The notes beneath the pieces were generated by a model, which did no database searches, was not told where the DNA came from, and worked only from the letters and a program-made list of their open reading frames with translations. The translations under genes were made by a program, and so were the position numbers. Below are positions 36,157 to 46,633 of a DNA stretch of 64,000 nucleotides, piece by piece (within the stretch, counting starts at the first letter, position 1; the number at the start of each line of letters is the position of its first letter). The DNA is from a virus. The stretch spans positions 4,396 through 68,395 of IMG/VR virus record IMGVR_UViG_3300011113_000500. One strand, 5' to 3'.

Positions 36157-37122
36157 TTATTTCCAAACATCTTGCCAGGTATATGACTTATATCCTGGAT
36201 TAAATAAATTATAACAATTCTCTGAACACATTTTATTAGCCTTTGAATACCAATCATGCGATTTGCGTTTAGCATCTATATCAGAATTTAAGTACGACTG
36301 TTCACCTTGCACATACATACGTTTTTTAGGATGCTTACGATTATGAACTAGCAATATATTCTTAAAGTGATATTGAGGTATATTACCTAATATTTTATTA
36401 GTCATTAACATAAATGAAGAATCTTCATGAATAAAGAATACTGAATTAGGTATGTTAACGCCTGCCCGTATAACTTCTGCGGATATTACTAATCCACATC
36501 CGTTAAATTTATGAGGTGATATAATACGCACGTCTAAATCACTAATCGAATCATTAAACGAGTTCATCTCATCTTTAGTCATAGTATATGGTATACTCCA
36601 CCAGTGTTCAGAATCTCCTTCGATAAAAGGTTTATCCGTAAATTCTGTATGTTCTAATGGAGTCCATGTACTGTCCCACATTTTACAAATTCCGAATGTA
36701 GCTAAATACTTGGGAGTTTGATTATTTACCTGTTGATGTAATGAATCTAGAATGACAAATGCTTGTTTAGGTACAAGCATATCAGACTCGCCCCATATTA
36801 AAACATCTGACGTATTACAGTATACTTGATTAAATTTTCTACGATAATCAGCAATTGTATGAATATCCCCGACACTACGTATTTGATAGTTGTTTATTCC
36901 TAAATACTCTTTAAATATAGAATATATACGTTCTTCCAAAGACCAAAATTCTTGATCCTGTAAACTAGTTTTTTCAAGATCTTGATTCATTACAACTGTA
37001 CAATCAACAATGATTTCTCCATCATATTGTTTAATAGCATCTGCTAATGACTCGACATAATCTTTAATCAGATCGACCTCATACCATTGTACGAGGCATC
37101 CTATTGCAAATTTAGTTTTCAT
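36157..37122 (-). CDS. GT-A fold glycosyltransferase-like protein
   Basis: WGESDML, HEDS; island context. Confidence 0.55.
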   Translation of the reverse strand: MKTKFAIGCLVQWYEVDLIKDYVESLADAIKQYDGEIIVDCTVVMNQDLEKTSLQDQEFWSLEERIYSIFKEYLGINNYQIRSVGDIHTIADYRRKFNQVYCNTSDVLIWGESDMLVPKQAFVILDSLHQQVNNQTPKYLATFGICKMWDSTWTPLEHTEFTDKPFIEGDSEHWWSIPYTMTKDEMNSFNDSISDLDVRIISPHKFNGCGLVISAEVIRAGVNIPNSVFFIHEDSSFMLMTNKILGNIPQYHFKNILLVHNRKHPKKRMYVQGEQSYLNSDIDAKRKSHDWYSKANKMCSENCYNLFNPGYKSYTWQDVWK

Positions 37123-37849
37123 AATTATGTTTAATATTTTCCCACGTAACTTGCATTATTTCATTCCTAAGATTCTTTTCAAATCCATTAAAATGCCATA
37201 CATATCCGTTATTAATAAACTTTAAATCATTTATTAATTCTTTTCTATTTAAATGAGTTAAGTTCCATTTTTTATTTAGAAAAATTATATCCGTATCACG
37301 TTTAGCAATAAAATTAACAGGTGTCTGGTCAGTACCTTTACGTAACGTAGTCTGCATATGTATTAATGTATCACTATTTTCAGACCAAAACTTTGTTATA
37401 GTATCACATAACGACTTATGTGTCTTATTCAACACAATAAATCCGCAGTTGAAATATTCAGTCCAATCTAACGATACATCTGTAAATAATTTTTGATATC
37501 CGTTAATACTATCAACAACCCAGCCTATATTATCATTATCACTACAAGCTGCAAATTTATTTTCCGTGAGATCAAAGAAATTTGGTGCATCCCATTTAAT
37601 CATAGTATCTACATCTACTAAAGCAACTTGATCATACTCAATTTCGTTTTGATCTAGTATATCTAACACATGCCATCGTTGCCATGTAGCTTTCATATAA
37701 CTAGGATCAGTAATAGGAGTATCTAATACTATTAATTGTACATCATGTTTTTCGCACCAATACTTCCATGTATTTAAACAATATGTTGCATAATTAATAG
37801 TATCGTAGTTTGTTTCTAAATTTGTAATAAAAACTATGTTATTTGGCAT
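37112..37849 (-). CDS. Glycosyltransferase (GT8/GT34-like)
   Basis: LVDVDT, YFNCGF, DQTPVN, WHFNG; probable start MPNN at 37849. Confidence 0.8.
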   Translation of the reverse strand: MPNNIVFITNLETNYDTINYATYCLNTWKYWCEKHDVQLIVLDTPITDPSYMKATWQRWHVLDILDQNEIEYDQVALVDVDTMIKWDAPNFFDLTENKFAACSDNDNIGWVVDSINGYQKLFTDVSLDWTEYFNCGFIVLNKTHKSLCDTITKFWSENSDTLIHMQTTLRKGTDQTPVNFIAKRDTDIIFLNKKWNLTHLNRKELINDLKFINNGYVWHFNGFEKNLRNEIMQVTWENIKHNYEN

Positions 37850-38576
37850 ATGAATATTCCGCAGATAATGTTCTATATTCGTTGAATATATGTAATAAAT
37901 TTTGTTTTTCAAAATAACTGAACATATTTGTTTCGGCATTTCGACAATATGTAGTTAGGTCGATGTCACTAGCACCTGACTTATATGTTTGTGCAGAATG
38001 ATGAATTAATGGGCATTTATCAACAACCCCTACTTTCCAACCTTGTTGTTCGCAAACAATACCTGATAAAACATCTTGTCCCCAACCGTATATTAATTCA
38101 TTTGGAAATTGTTCAATATGTTCTATAAAGTCTTTATGTAGTAACGGAGCTTGAAAATCTACCCATTTAACATCACGAACCCCGTCAGTATTCCAACAAT
38201 GCATATATTTCCATTTACATTGATTATTTACTTGTAAAACGCAAGGCGATACAATCTTATAATCGTTAGTAAACATTTCATGGCGTAATGTTTTTATAAA
38301 ATTAGGACCTTGTAAAATTAAATCATTGTTAAGTGATAATAAACTATCATAATTTCCAGACTCTATAAAAAACTGTAATGCAATATTTAAAGCTCCGCCG
38401 AAATATGTATTTTGTCCAGTTTCGTGTGTAGTATATTTACTTTTACGATCATCACGCGATCCGTTATCAATTAAAATTAAATCATAATCATCGTTTTCGT
38501 ATGGCTTTAAACTTTCCCAGAGCGAATCAGTAATCTCTGGCATGTTATGATTATAAATCACTGCTAATGTTTTCAT
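37839..38576 (-). CDS. Glycosyltransferase family 2
   Basis: LIDNGS, LNNDL, YGWGQD. Confidence 0.85.
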   Translation of the reverse strand: MKTLAVIYNHNMPEITDSLWESLKPYENDDYDLILIDNGSRDDRKSKYTTHETGQNTYFGGALNIALQFFIESGNYDSLLSLNNDLILQGPNFIKTLRHEMFTNDYKIVSPCVLQVNNQCKWKYMHCWNTDGVRDVKWVDFQAPLLHKDFIEHIEQFPNELIYGWGQDVLSGIVCEQQGWKVGVVDKCPLIHHSAQTYKSGASDIDLTTYCRNAETNMFSYFEKQNLLHIFNEYRTLSAEYSYAK

Positions 38577-39215
38577 TTATTCCTTTATTATATAACAACC
38601 GCATGGCATACTTTGAAGATCAAATTGAATAATTTCATCTGACTCTGGATGCCTTAGTTTAATTTCAATTTCACGTGCAGTAAAAAAGTCATGTATTGCA
38701 TGCCGCGTTTCTACTAAACATGTATCGTCAAAAATAATATAACCGCCAGTAACAACTTTGTCATATAAATGATCTAATACTTCTTTAGTAGCTGAATATG
38801 CATCTACATCAATACGTAACAAACTTAATGACTGAATATCTGCATTTGATAAAGTATCATCTACATATCCAACTAGAAAATTGATATCATTTATATCGAC
38901 GCCGTTAGTTTCAAACGTTTGTATAACATCGGCATATGGAACAGTCATACCGCCTAATTTATGAGTTTCTTTAGAAAAACTATATTTAGCTTTAGTCGGA
39001 TCTTGAAATCCTGAAAAACTATCTGCTAACCATAATTTCTTATTAGGAAAAATTTTTCGTAAAAATATTCCCATTCCCCCTTTCCAAACGCCACATTCGA
39101 TAATATCACCGTCTATTGCTTGAATATACTCCGTATGTCGTATTATAGTTTTAAATCGTTCCAATGTAACTTTAGTAAGTCTATCATCGATTATTTGTTG
39201 TGCTAATTCAATCAT
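38577..39215 (-). CDS. TylF/MycF-family sugar O-methyltransferase
   Basis: GDIIECGVWKGG, ADSFSG, LRIDVDAY, GGYIIFDD. Confidence 0.9.
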   Translation of the reverse strand: MIELAQQIIDDRLTKVTLERFKTIIRHTEYIQAIDGDIIECGVWKGGMGIFLRKIFPNKKLWLADSFSGFQDPTKAKYSFSKETHKLGGMTVPYADVIQTFETNGVDINDINFLVGYVDDTLSNADIQSLSLLRIDVDAYSATKEVLDHLYDKVVTGGYIIFDDTCLVETRHAIHDFFTAREIEIKLRHPESDEIIQFDLQSMPCGCYIIKE

Positions 39216-39744
39216 TTCGTTGTAAAATACTTAAGCCGTTGTTATTTGTATATCTTTCTTTTAATTGCCATTCTGGATGCTCAGATAAAAATGTTTCAAC
39301 AGCCGGCCAAAGTCCGCCTTCTTTACCTGTTACTTCATCTGTATATGCAAATTTAGATGTATCGTGTAAAATAATATACTTACGTACTTTATCTGCATGC
39401 AATTTCAATTCTTGAGTTAGTTGATCATGTTGATGTAAAGTGTCGATAAATAATAGATCTGTTTCTTCTATTTCAACTGAAAGTACATCTTTTTGATGGA
39501 ATTGTAATTGTATTCCGACTTCATTAGCAGCTGCTATAGCAGTATCTATATTGTTAGATCTCATGATATCATAACAAATTAATTTATTAGGCATACTTTT
39601 TAGAAATGCCCATGTCGATACTACATTACGTACTCCCATTTCCGTTATGTGTTTACATTGCGAAGCATAATGATGTAATGTTGGCATATGTTCATTAATA
39701 TCAGATTTACGTTCACAGAACTTTGAATAGTGTTGATTTATCAT
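39208..39744 (-). CDS. Class I SAM methyltransferase (Methyltransf_24-like)
   Basis: EMGVR, LFIDTLH, ILHDT, NNNGL. Confidence 0.8.
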   Translation of the reverse strand: MINQHYSKFCERKSDINEHMPTLHHYASQCKHITEMGVRNVVSTWAFLKSMPNKLICYDIMRSNNIDTAIAAANEVGIQLQFHQKDVLSVEIEETDLLFIDTLHQHDQLTQELKLHADKVRKYIILHDTSKFAYTDEVTGKEGGLWPAVETFLSEHPEWQLKERYTNNNGLSILQRND

Positions 39745-40616
39745 ATAAAATTATTATGTTGTTTTATTTCTTTTGGATGATCTATTTCTATACGTACGAT
39801 ATACCGTAATAAATCATTTTCATGACGATCAGGGCGTATTACGATTTTATCTAAACGATTTTCTTGTGCTTGTAGCAGAGCCTGCCGTACGGCATTTGAA
39901 TAATAGTCTGGTCGTATAAGTTGTCTAAATCTTAATTCTTTATATTTGCCCGGGCGCCACCAAGCGTAATGAAATATATATCTAGGAAAAATATGTAATT
40001 GTGGATATTTTTGACTAGTAAAATTACTTACTATACTCTTGTAATATTCCCATGTACCAAACTTTATAACGATTCTACGTTTATGTATACGACTTTCATC
40101 TAAACTTTCAGCCTCAATATAATATTGATTTTCGATAAAATCTAAATACGGTGCTTGCAATCCACTATCATTTGTCAATTTGTCAATATATTGATTTAAT
40201 ACAATCATATCGTTCTTATGAAAGAAAACGTCGCCTTCTAACGGGAATATTAAATCGCCTGGTTCGATTTGTATATCAAACTCATTAAAGTTACTTACAG
40301 CATGCACGTAACACTCATTAGCATCTAGATTCGAATAGTTCATGGCATTCCATATTATTCGTTTATCCGGATACATATCTTGAGCTTGTTTAATTACATG
40401 TTGTAACTCCAATGTGTCCCATGCCAGATTAGTATCTAAATGACAGAATTCTGTACGAAACATTTCATCCACGCCTCCCTTATTTTCAGGTCCTTGCGGA
40501 AATAATCCTTCATTATATATAATGATGTCTGGATCGATAGTATCAATTAGATTATCGATTTGTAGTTTTGCAAAATGTGCTTCAGCAAAACATGGAATTA
40601 TAACTATCTTTTTCAT
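39741..40616 (-). CDS. GT-A-like glycosyltransferase
   Basis: IIPCF, LEGDVF, FHYAW. Confidence 0.55.
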   Translation of the reverse strand: MKKIVIIPCFAEAHFAKLQIDNLIDTIDPDIIIYNEGLFPQGPENKGGVDEMFRTEFCHLDTNLAWDTLELQHVIKQAQDMYPDKRIIWNAMNYSNLDANECYVHAVSNFNEFDIQIEPGDLIFPLEGDVFFHKNDMIVLNQYIDKLTNDSGLQAPYLDFIENQYYIEAESLDESRIHKRRIVIKFGTWEYYKSIVSNFTSQKYPQLHIFPRYIFHYAWWRPGKYKELRFRQLIRPDYYSNAVRQALLQAQENRLDKIVIRPDRHENDLLRYIVRIEIDHPKEIKQHNNFI

Positions 40617-41611
40617 TGTTTCCAGAATGAGTATATACCATTATCTAATTCATAATCAGACCATACAAAACGATCTCTCATAGGCTGTTCTTGTGCCCAT
40701 GACCACATCTTAGTTAATCCTTCTTTAAGGTCTGTTTTATGCTGAAATCCTAGAATGTCAATCGATTTTTGATAACTAGGTATTGCTGTATGTACTTCAT
40801 GGCGACCCTCTAAATATATTTTATTGCCACCACCGATAACTTCAATTAGTGTATCAGCTGCTTCATTTATACTATGTTCATGTATACCGCCCAAATTAAT
40901 AATTTGTTTAGAAGCTTTTGGTTCGATAGCCGCATTAAATAATGGCTCTAATGAATCATCTATATATGAAAAAGCACGTTGCTGTGTACCGTCTCCGTAT
41001 ATAGTAATATCTTGTCCATTTAAATGATAATACATCCATATACCTAATACATTACGATACTTATCCCATATGTTCTGCTTCGCTCCATATACATTATGCG
41101 GACGTATGATACAATAATCTAATCCATGCTGTTCATTAGCAATTTCAATATCACGTTCACATGCTGCCTTCGCTACGCCGTATGGATCAATCGGATCGCG
41201 TTTCATGTCTTCATGAAATATTCCGCCCTCACCAAAACCATATACTGCCATCGTAGATGTAAACACTAAACGTTTAACATTATGTCGAATACATTCATTG
41301 ACTATATTTGCTGTAGCTACTAGATTATTTTGATAGTTAAACGTACGTATAAACGGAGAGAGTCCTTCGGCTGCATATGCAGCTAAATGAAATACGTACT
41401 CTGGCTTATGTGAATTAAATATTTCTTTTAGTTCTATATTTTTAACATCTGTTTTATAAAAAATAACATTTGGATGTATATTTTCTATATACCCGCCGGA
41501 TAAATCATCTATCCCAATAATTTGATATTCTGGCTTATGTTCAATTATCCAATCTGCTAATCTACTTCCTAATAGACCAGCTACCCCCGTAATTAATATT
41601 GTTTTACTCAT
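40613..41611 (-). CDS. NAD-dependent sugar epimerase/dehydratase
   Basis: TGVAGLLG, HLAAYAAEG, YGVAK, RPHNVYG. Confidence 0.92.
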   Translation of the reverse strand: MSKTILITGVAGLLGSRLADWIIEHKPEYQIIGIDDLSGGYIENIHPNVIFYKTDVKNIELKEIFNSHKPEYVFHLAAYAAEGLSPFIRTFNYQNNLVATANIVNECIRHNVKRLVFTSTMAVYGFGEGGIFHEDMKRDPIDPYGVAKAACERDIEIANEQHGLDYCIIRPHNVYGAKQNIWDKYRNVLGIWMYYHLNGQDITIYGDGTQQRAFSYIDDSLEPLFNAAIEPKASKQIINLGGIHEHSINEAADTLIEVIGGGNKIYLEGRHEVHTAIPSYQKSIDILGFQHKTDLKEGLTKMWSWAQEQPMRDRFVWSDYELDNGIYSFWKQ

Positions 41612-42375
41612 AATACTTTCCCGTTAACATGATGTACTGATCTAGGTGCTCCTAATCTATCGTAAATATAAACACCCCATTTTTTTAACGCATCTTCGAA
41701 TGACGTTTCTTTTATCTGACGTTGATATTCGTCTTGTAATTCTCGTTCAATTGTTATATGTTCTTTTATCGACGGATCATTTAAATAAGACATCCATACA
41801 GTTTGCCAATTACTCGTACGTCCTAAATATGGATTATTCGACCAACCATTAGTACCACATAATGTAATATTAGTGTTATCAATAGCAAATGTGATTTCTT
41901 TCAATTCAGAATCACAATTAAACACAATGTTATTTCTTTTATTGAATCTAACATAGTTTATATCATTATTAGACTCCATTAGCTGAATTAATTTAGAGAA
42001 ATTTACATCGCGTTCAAAATGCCAATCATGTTCGAACCATAAAAAATAATCTGTACTTACGGAATTAATCAAATTGATTATAGATTGTCTAATACCTTTA
42101 GTAGTTATTATTAAATTAATATTTGGATAATCAACTAATAGTTTACGTAAGTTATCTAAATATATACAACTGCCTTCATCTGAAGGATCGTGATCTAAAG
42201 ATATATAATGCTGAATATCACGATGTCCTAAATATTCATATAATTTCTCAATCGTACTTTCGATTAATAACGTAGATGTAGTACTACGACTATGATCAAA
42301 TTTATAGTTTTTATCTAATCGATGCGCTGATGCCCTAAAATGTGTCGTTGTTAGTATTGTTAATTTATCTTTCAT
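41608..42375 (-). CDS. GT-A-like glycosyltransferase
   Basis: FLWFEHDW, WSNNP. Confidence 0.6.
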   Translation of the reverse strand: MKDKLTILTTTHFRASAHRLDKNYKFDHSRSTTSTLLIESTIEKLYEYLGHRDIQHYISLDHDPSDEGSCIYLDNLRKLLVDYPNINLIITTKGIRQSIINLINSVSTDYFLWFEHDWHFERDVNFSKLIQLMESNNDINYVRFNKRNNIVFNCDSELKEITFAIDNTNITLCGTNGWSNNPYLGRTSNWQTVWMSYLNDPSIKEHITIERELQDEYQRQIKETSFEDALKKWGVYIYDRLGAPRSVHHVNGKVL

Positions 42376-42965
42376 ATCTTATTCTCTTTGAAACATAGAT
42401 AACACATCACACCCTCACTATCATAAATAGTATTTGTATTGATAGACATAAAGAAATTATATCCTAAGGTACGTAATAATTCGATCCATTGTACTTTAGT
42501 TTTACAATTGCAATGTGTTGGATCGACCTTTGACACTTCTAAATGAAAATCAACTCCATTAGTACTACATGGAATACGTACTAACATCATATTACCGTTT
42601 AGTCTAGAAAACGTATCTGTAATTTCTTTATCTGTCATATGTTCTAGAACATCTAAACAACATATTAAATCGTAATCTATATTATCAATATTTTCTAACA
42701 TATCGATATTTTTCGACTTGCATTGTTGCACAGCCCAGGATGATATATCATATCCTTGTACATTACGATATCCATTTTCTAACAATCCTTCAATTAAAAA
42801 CCCTACAGCACATCCATAGTCCAAAATTTTACTATCAGCCGTTATTAGATTAAATGACTTTAATAGCATGTCTATTTCATGAGCATGCTTAACGTATTTT
42901 GGTTTTCTATTTAAATACGTAACGTAATTGACTGACTTATAATAGTCTTCGTTATAATGATTCAT
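42372..42965 (-). CDS. Class I SAM methyltransferase
   Basis: ILDYGCAVG, GYDIS, LDVLEH, DPTH. Confidence 0.88.
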   Translation of the reverse strand: MNHYNEDYYKSVNYVTYLNRKPKYVKHAHEIDMLLKSFNLITADSKILDYGCAVGFLIEGLLENGYRNVQGYDISSWAVQQCKSKNIDMLENIDNIDYDLICCLDVLEHMTDKEITDTFSRLNGNMMLVRIPCSTNGVDFHLEVSKVDPTHCNCKTKVQWIELLRTLGYNFFMSINTNTIYDSEGVMCYLCFKENKI

Positions 42966-42967
42966 AC

Positions 42968-44092
42968 TTATGCGAAATTTTTATCTGGCATTTCATTTGC
43001 AACTGTATATAAAAGTTTATTATTAAACTTATAGTAACAGAATTTACATGAACTACACCAATTCTTACCTTTGTTATTTTTTACTTCGTATGGATATCCT
43101 TTTTCTTGAAATTGTTTATTCATTTTATCCCAAGACTCTTTGATATTATCTACACTACAGATTGCCCATTCTTCATCATACACTCGTTTTTCTAAAACAT
43201 GACTTGTACATGCATATACATTATACGTACCGCCATGTGGTGCAGGAGCTACATATGGACGAATCATCCCGACATAACAACCGTCATTGTAAGGCGAATC
43301 GTCATATCCAATATCTTTAATAAAGAATTTATTCAACTCATCTACTTTATCTACAATTTCCTTCCATCGATCTTTTACGGCAGCATTATTTCCTTTAATT
43401 AAGCAATTTCCTGCTAATCGTACAAATTTAATTTCTGGATGTAAATTTACTAATTTAGCAATGTTTTCTATAGTCTGTACAGATGTGCCTTGATAAACAC
43501 GATTAGTTCTAGACAACTCATCGGCTACGTAGTTACCCGTATCATCAGTCTGTCCGTCATATATGATGTAACTAAATGCTAATTTTTCATATGGATATCC
43601 ATTAAAATCATAATCTTCAGGTCGTTTACCTTCATCCAATTGGATTAGACTAATACGTATCCAATCGATCATATCATATACAGACGGATCTAACCATTTC
43701 TTAAATGAATGACTATTAGTTATAATTCCAATATCATATCCTAACGAATCTGCATATCTAATAACATCATTAATATTTTGTTTAGTTTCTCTATCACGAT
43801 ATAATAACGGATTACCACCGCCAGTCAATTCTACACTTTTAGCTCCTAAGTCTCTAAAATCTTTTAATATTTGTTGAATTTTTGCAAACGGTAAATATGT
43901 TTTTATAGGTCGTGCAGCGACTGAACAAAAAGGACAATCAGAATCACATGCTTCTATCGGAGCTAATTGTACTGTAATAGGTTTGATAACGCGTTCATGC
44001 TGCATGGCATGTAATACATCTGTATGTTGTAAAAGTTTATCACCCCACGTACTATACTGTTGAGTTAGTAACTCATGTTTATTTTCTTCCAT
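42968..44092 (-). CDS. Radical SAM enzyme with C-terminal SPASM/twitch-like cysteines
   Basis: CDSDCPFC, TGGGNP, IITN, C-terminal CSSCKFC. Confidence 0.88.
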   Translation of the reverse strand: MEENKHELLTQQYSTWGDKLLQHTDVLHAMQHERVIKPITVQLAPIEACDSDCPFCSVAARPIKTYLPFAKIQQILKDFRDLGAKSVELTGGGNPLLYRDRETKQNINDVIRYADSLGYDIGIITNSHSFKKWLDPSVYDMIDWIRISLIQLDEGKRPEDYDFNGYPYEKLAFSYIIYDGQTDDTGNYVADELSRTNRVYQGTSVQTIENIAKLVNLHPEIKFVRLAGNCLIKGNNAAVKDRWKEIVDKVDELNKFFIKDIGYDDSPYNDGCYVGMIRPYVAPAPHGGTYNVYACTSHVLEKRVYDEEWAICSVDNIKESWDKMNKQFQEKGYPYEVKNNKGKNWCSSCKFCYYKFNNKLLYTVANEMPDKNFA

Positions 44093-44513
44093 TTACTATA
44101 TCCTTAAATTGTTTATCAATAGTATTTTTATTTCTAGCTCTTCCTTCGTTAGCTTTACGTAATCTTTTTTCATTAACTATCATACGTTCTAGACTCGGAT
44201 GTTCTTTTTTTGTTTCTTCTAAACGAGCTCGATCTGCTTCTCCAATGTTAATATCGTTTTGAATCAAATCTTCAAGCTCTTCTAATATAGAAGATTCATT
44301 AAATGTTCTATATTCTTCTACATAATTATATGAATTTTCTTTCAAAGATTCAAATATTAGTTCAGATATTTTTTTCTTTATTTCATCAATAACAATTGTT
44401 TGATGATTCATTTTATCAACTAATCCATCTTTACGAAAGAAGTATAACTTGATATTCTCCGTAATTAATCTATCTAAATACGCACTTAATGTATCAATGT
44501 TAGTTATTCTCAT
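44079..44513 (-). CDS. Helical protein (DUF4254-like)
   Basis: DTLSAYLDRLITENIK...NEGRARNKNTID. Confidence 0.5.
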   Translation of the reverse strand: MRITNIDTLSAYLDRLITENIKLYFFRKDGLVDKMNHQTIVIDEIKKKISELIFESLKENSYNYVEEYRTFNESSILEELEDLIQNDINIGEADRARLEETKKEHPSLERMIVNEKRLRKANEGRARNKNTIDKQFKDIVNGRK

Positions 44514-45526
44514 GTTCCGATGCCTTTAATTGTTAGTAATTGATTATAAAAATATTCAACTAAACTTTCCTGCGCGTATTGTTTAGAATATTCCCTACGC
44601 ATGTTTTCAGTTAGATGCGGTTGTAGCTGTTTATAATTAGATAATACGTAATCAATTTTTTCTTCTACATCTGACCAATCATATTTACATGCAATATATG
44701 TTTCGTTATCCTTGTATATGTATGGATATGATTGTATATGTGACATATCGGGCTTAATTAATACACTGCCAAAACTAGCAGCTTCTATATCACGTACAGC
44801 CATTTCGCCGTAGCCAATTGGAGCCATTACTATTTTAGAATTGTACATGTTTTCGTAAAATTGTGATTGTGGTATACGAATACCTTTTTCTCGTTTAACT
44901 ACATTGTACGTTGTATTTGATAGTTTATTTAAAAGATTACGACGATGATCATCATAGTATGCCGATGTTAATTTTTCATATTCATAGTTATCTACATCGC
45001 CCCAGCTAAACATACAGGATATATCATATTTTTTATCCGATGAATATTGATACCATGTAGGCTGAATTGTTGATAACCAATTAGTCCCACTTAATTTGAT
45101 TCTATCAATAATATCATCAATATACGGTACAGAATAATCTCCCTCGCCCCAATACATGCGTCCATTAATCCAACCACGCTTATACAACGAAATATCATTT
45201 AGTAATGTATTCTTAAACATGACTAATACATCTGTATCATGTAATACTTCAGCAGTACCTATTAATGAATGAGAATCTTGTCCGTCGAGTAAAAATACAT
45301 CCTTACCGAATTGACTGACAAACTTAATACCGTCATCAATTGATTGCTGTAAACTAACTTGTTTATTAATAAAACTAGCTTGTGCTATAAATGCATAATC
45401 ATATGAATCGTCGTTAACTACAAATCTAACTCCTACATCTTCGAACAATGATTGTGCAAATACATATGGCCGAAATGCTATTTCATTACGATGTTTATCA
45501 TGTTCGATAAGTTTTATTTTAATCAT
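44510..45526 (-). CDS. GT-B glycosyltransferase-like protein
   Basis: SKIVMAPIGYGEMAVRDIEAASFGSVLIKP. Confidence 0.7.
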   Translation of the reverse strand: MIKIKLIEHDKHRNEIAFRPYVFAQSLFEDVGVRFVVNDDSYDYAFIAQASFINKQVSLQQSIDDGIKFVSQFGKDVFLLDGQDSHSLIGTAEVLHDTDVLVMFKNTLLNDISLYKRGWINGRMYWGEGDYSVPYIDDIIDRIKLSGTNWLSTIQPTWYQYSSDKKYDISCMFSWGDVDNYEYEKLTSAYYDDHRRNLLNKLSNTTYNVVKREKGIRIPQSQFYENMYNSKIVMAPIGYGEMAVRDIEAASFGSVLIKPDMSHIQSYPYIYKDNETYIACKYDWSDVEEKIDYVLSNYKQLQPHLTENMRREYSKQYAQESLVEYFYNQLLTIKGIGT

Positions 45527-46152
45527 AATGTATCGTAATAGTTATTTTGACGTTCTTGTCTATCAATTGATTTAGGATGAAACAATGCATATTCTTCTGT
45601 CATCGGAATATATGTGAATTGTTTATGATTGACAAGTACTTCATGAACTTTATTTTGCCACTGAATCTTACCATCGTTTTTGTAAATTCTGTGTTGCCAA
45701 TCTGGCCAGTTCACCCATCCGTTACTATCAACTCTCCACCCCCATTTTTGTATATGTTCTTGCGTCAGACCTTCAACAGTATTCACACGCGGTACTAAGT
45801 ATACATCGACATCTGGATTACTTTCTAGTATTGCGGGCAAGTCTTGCATGATGTGCAGGTGCGGATATTCATCAGCATCTATTTGAAAGATATAATCGCC
45901 TGTACAATATGATGTTAGTTTATTTTTCCATTCAGCAAAATGTCCTTCAAAATTTGCTGCCCATACTGTCAGATGATCCATGTTATGCATTTCGTAATGC
46001 CGTAATGTCGAAACTAATTCATCATTGGCTTTTGTAGCATCCATTAATACTACAATTTCATCTATAGGACGTTTAGAAGAAAGAAGGAGATCAAGCAAAC
46101 GCTTAATCTCCTCTAATTCATTACAAACTGTTATTGCGTAGCTTATCGTCAT
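45523..46152 (-). CDS. Glycosyltransferase family 2
   Basis: ISYAITVCNE, FQIDADE, VHE. Confidence 0.88.
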   Translation of the reverse strand: MTISYAITVCNELEEIKRLLDLLLSSKRPIDEIVVLMDATKANDELVSTLRHYEMHNMDHLTVWAANFEGHFAEWKNKLTSYCTGDYIFQIDADEYPHLHIMQDLPAILESNPDVDVYLVPRVNTVEGLTQEHIQKWGWRVDSNGWVNWPDWQHRIYKNDGKIQWQNKVHEVLVNHKQFTYIPMTEEYALFHPKSIDRQERQNNYYDTL

Positions 46153-46633
46153 ACAATGCATTTGTTAAATCAAATAATTTACCCATAGCTAATTCAAAAT
46201 CTTGACTATCAAACTTATCAGCTAATTCTGTTGCTGCGCGCGACTGATAGAAACGTCCTTCCTTGCCTGGTACTGGATATTTTTCACGATCTTCATCTGA
46301 AATTGGTATTACAGGCGCCACTTCCCAATGAGCGTCTGTTAATGTATCGCCTGCTACATAAAGCATTCCTGCAGGAGTTTGCATGAAAGCTGGATACCAT
46401 ACTAGGTTACGTTCTTCATCCACTTTAGATAGGTCACGCATTAGTTGTGATACTGTATCATGATACTGCAATTGTGCCGGAGATTCAAATTCAAACATTG
46501 AATTGGATACATATCCCGATTCCATACATACATAACTTATTGTTTTTGATGATTCATCTACTTCGATAATAACACATTTATTGCCGGTGATAGGAGAAAT
46601 TTCATCATAATCCGCTTTTAATTCTGTTGTCAT
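46121..46633 (-). CDS. Hypothetical protein
   Basis: 170 aa ORF. Confidence 0.65.
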   Translation of the reverse strand: MTTELKADYDEISPITGNKCVIIEVDESSKTISYVCMESGYVSNSMFEFESPAQLQYHDTVSQLMRDLSKVDEERNLVWYPAFMQTPAGMLYVAGDTLTDAHWEVAPVIPISDEDREKYPVPGKEGRFYQSRAATELADKFDSQDFELAMGKLFDLTNALYDDKLRNNSL

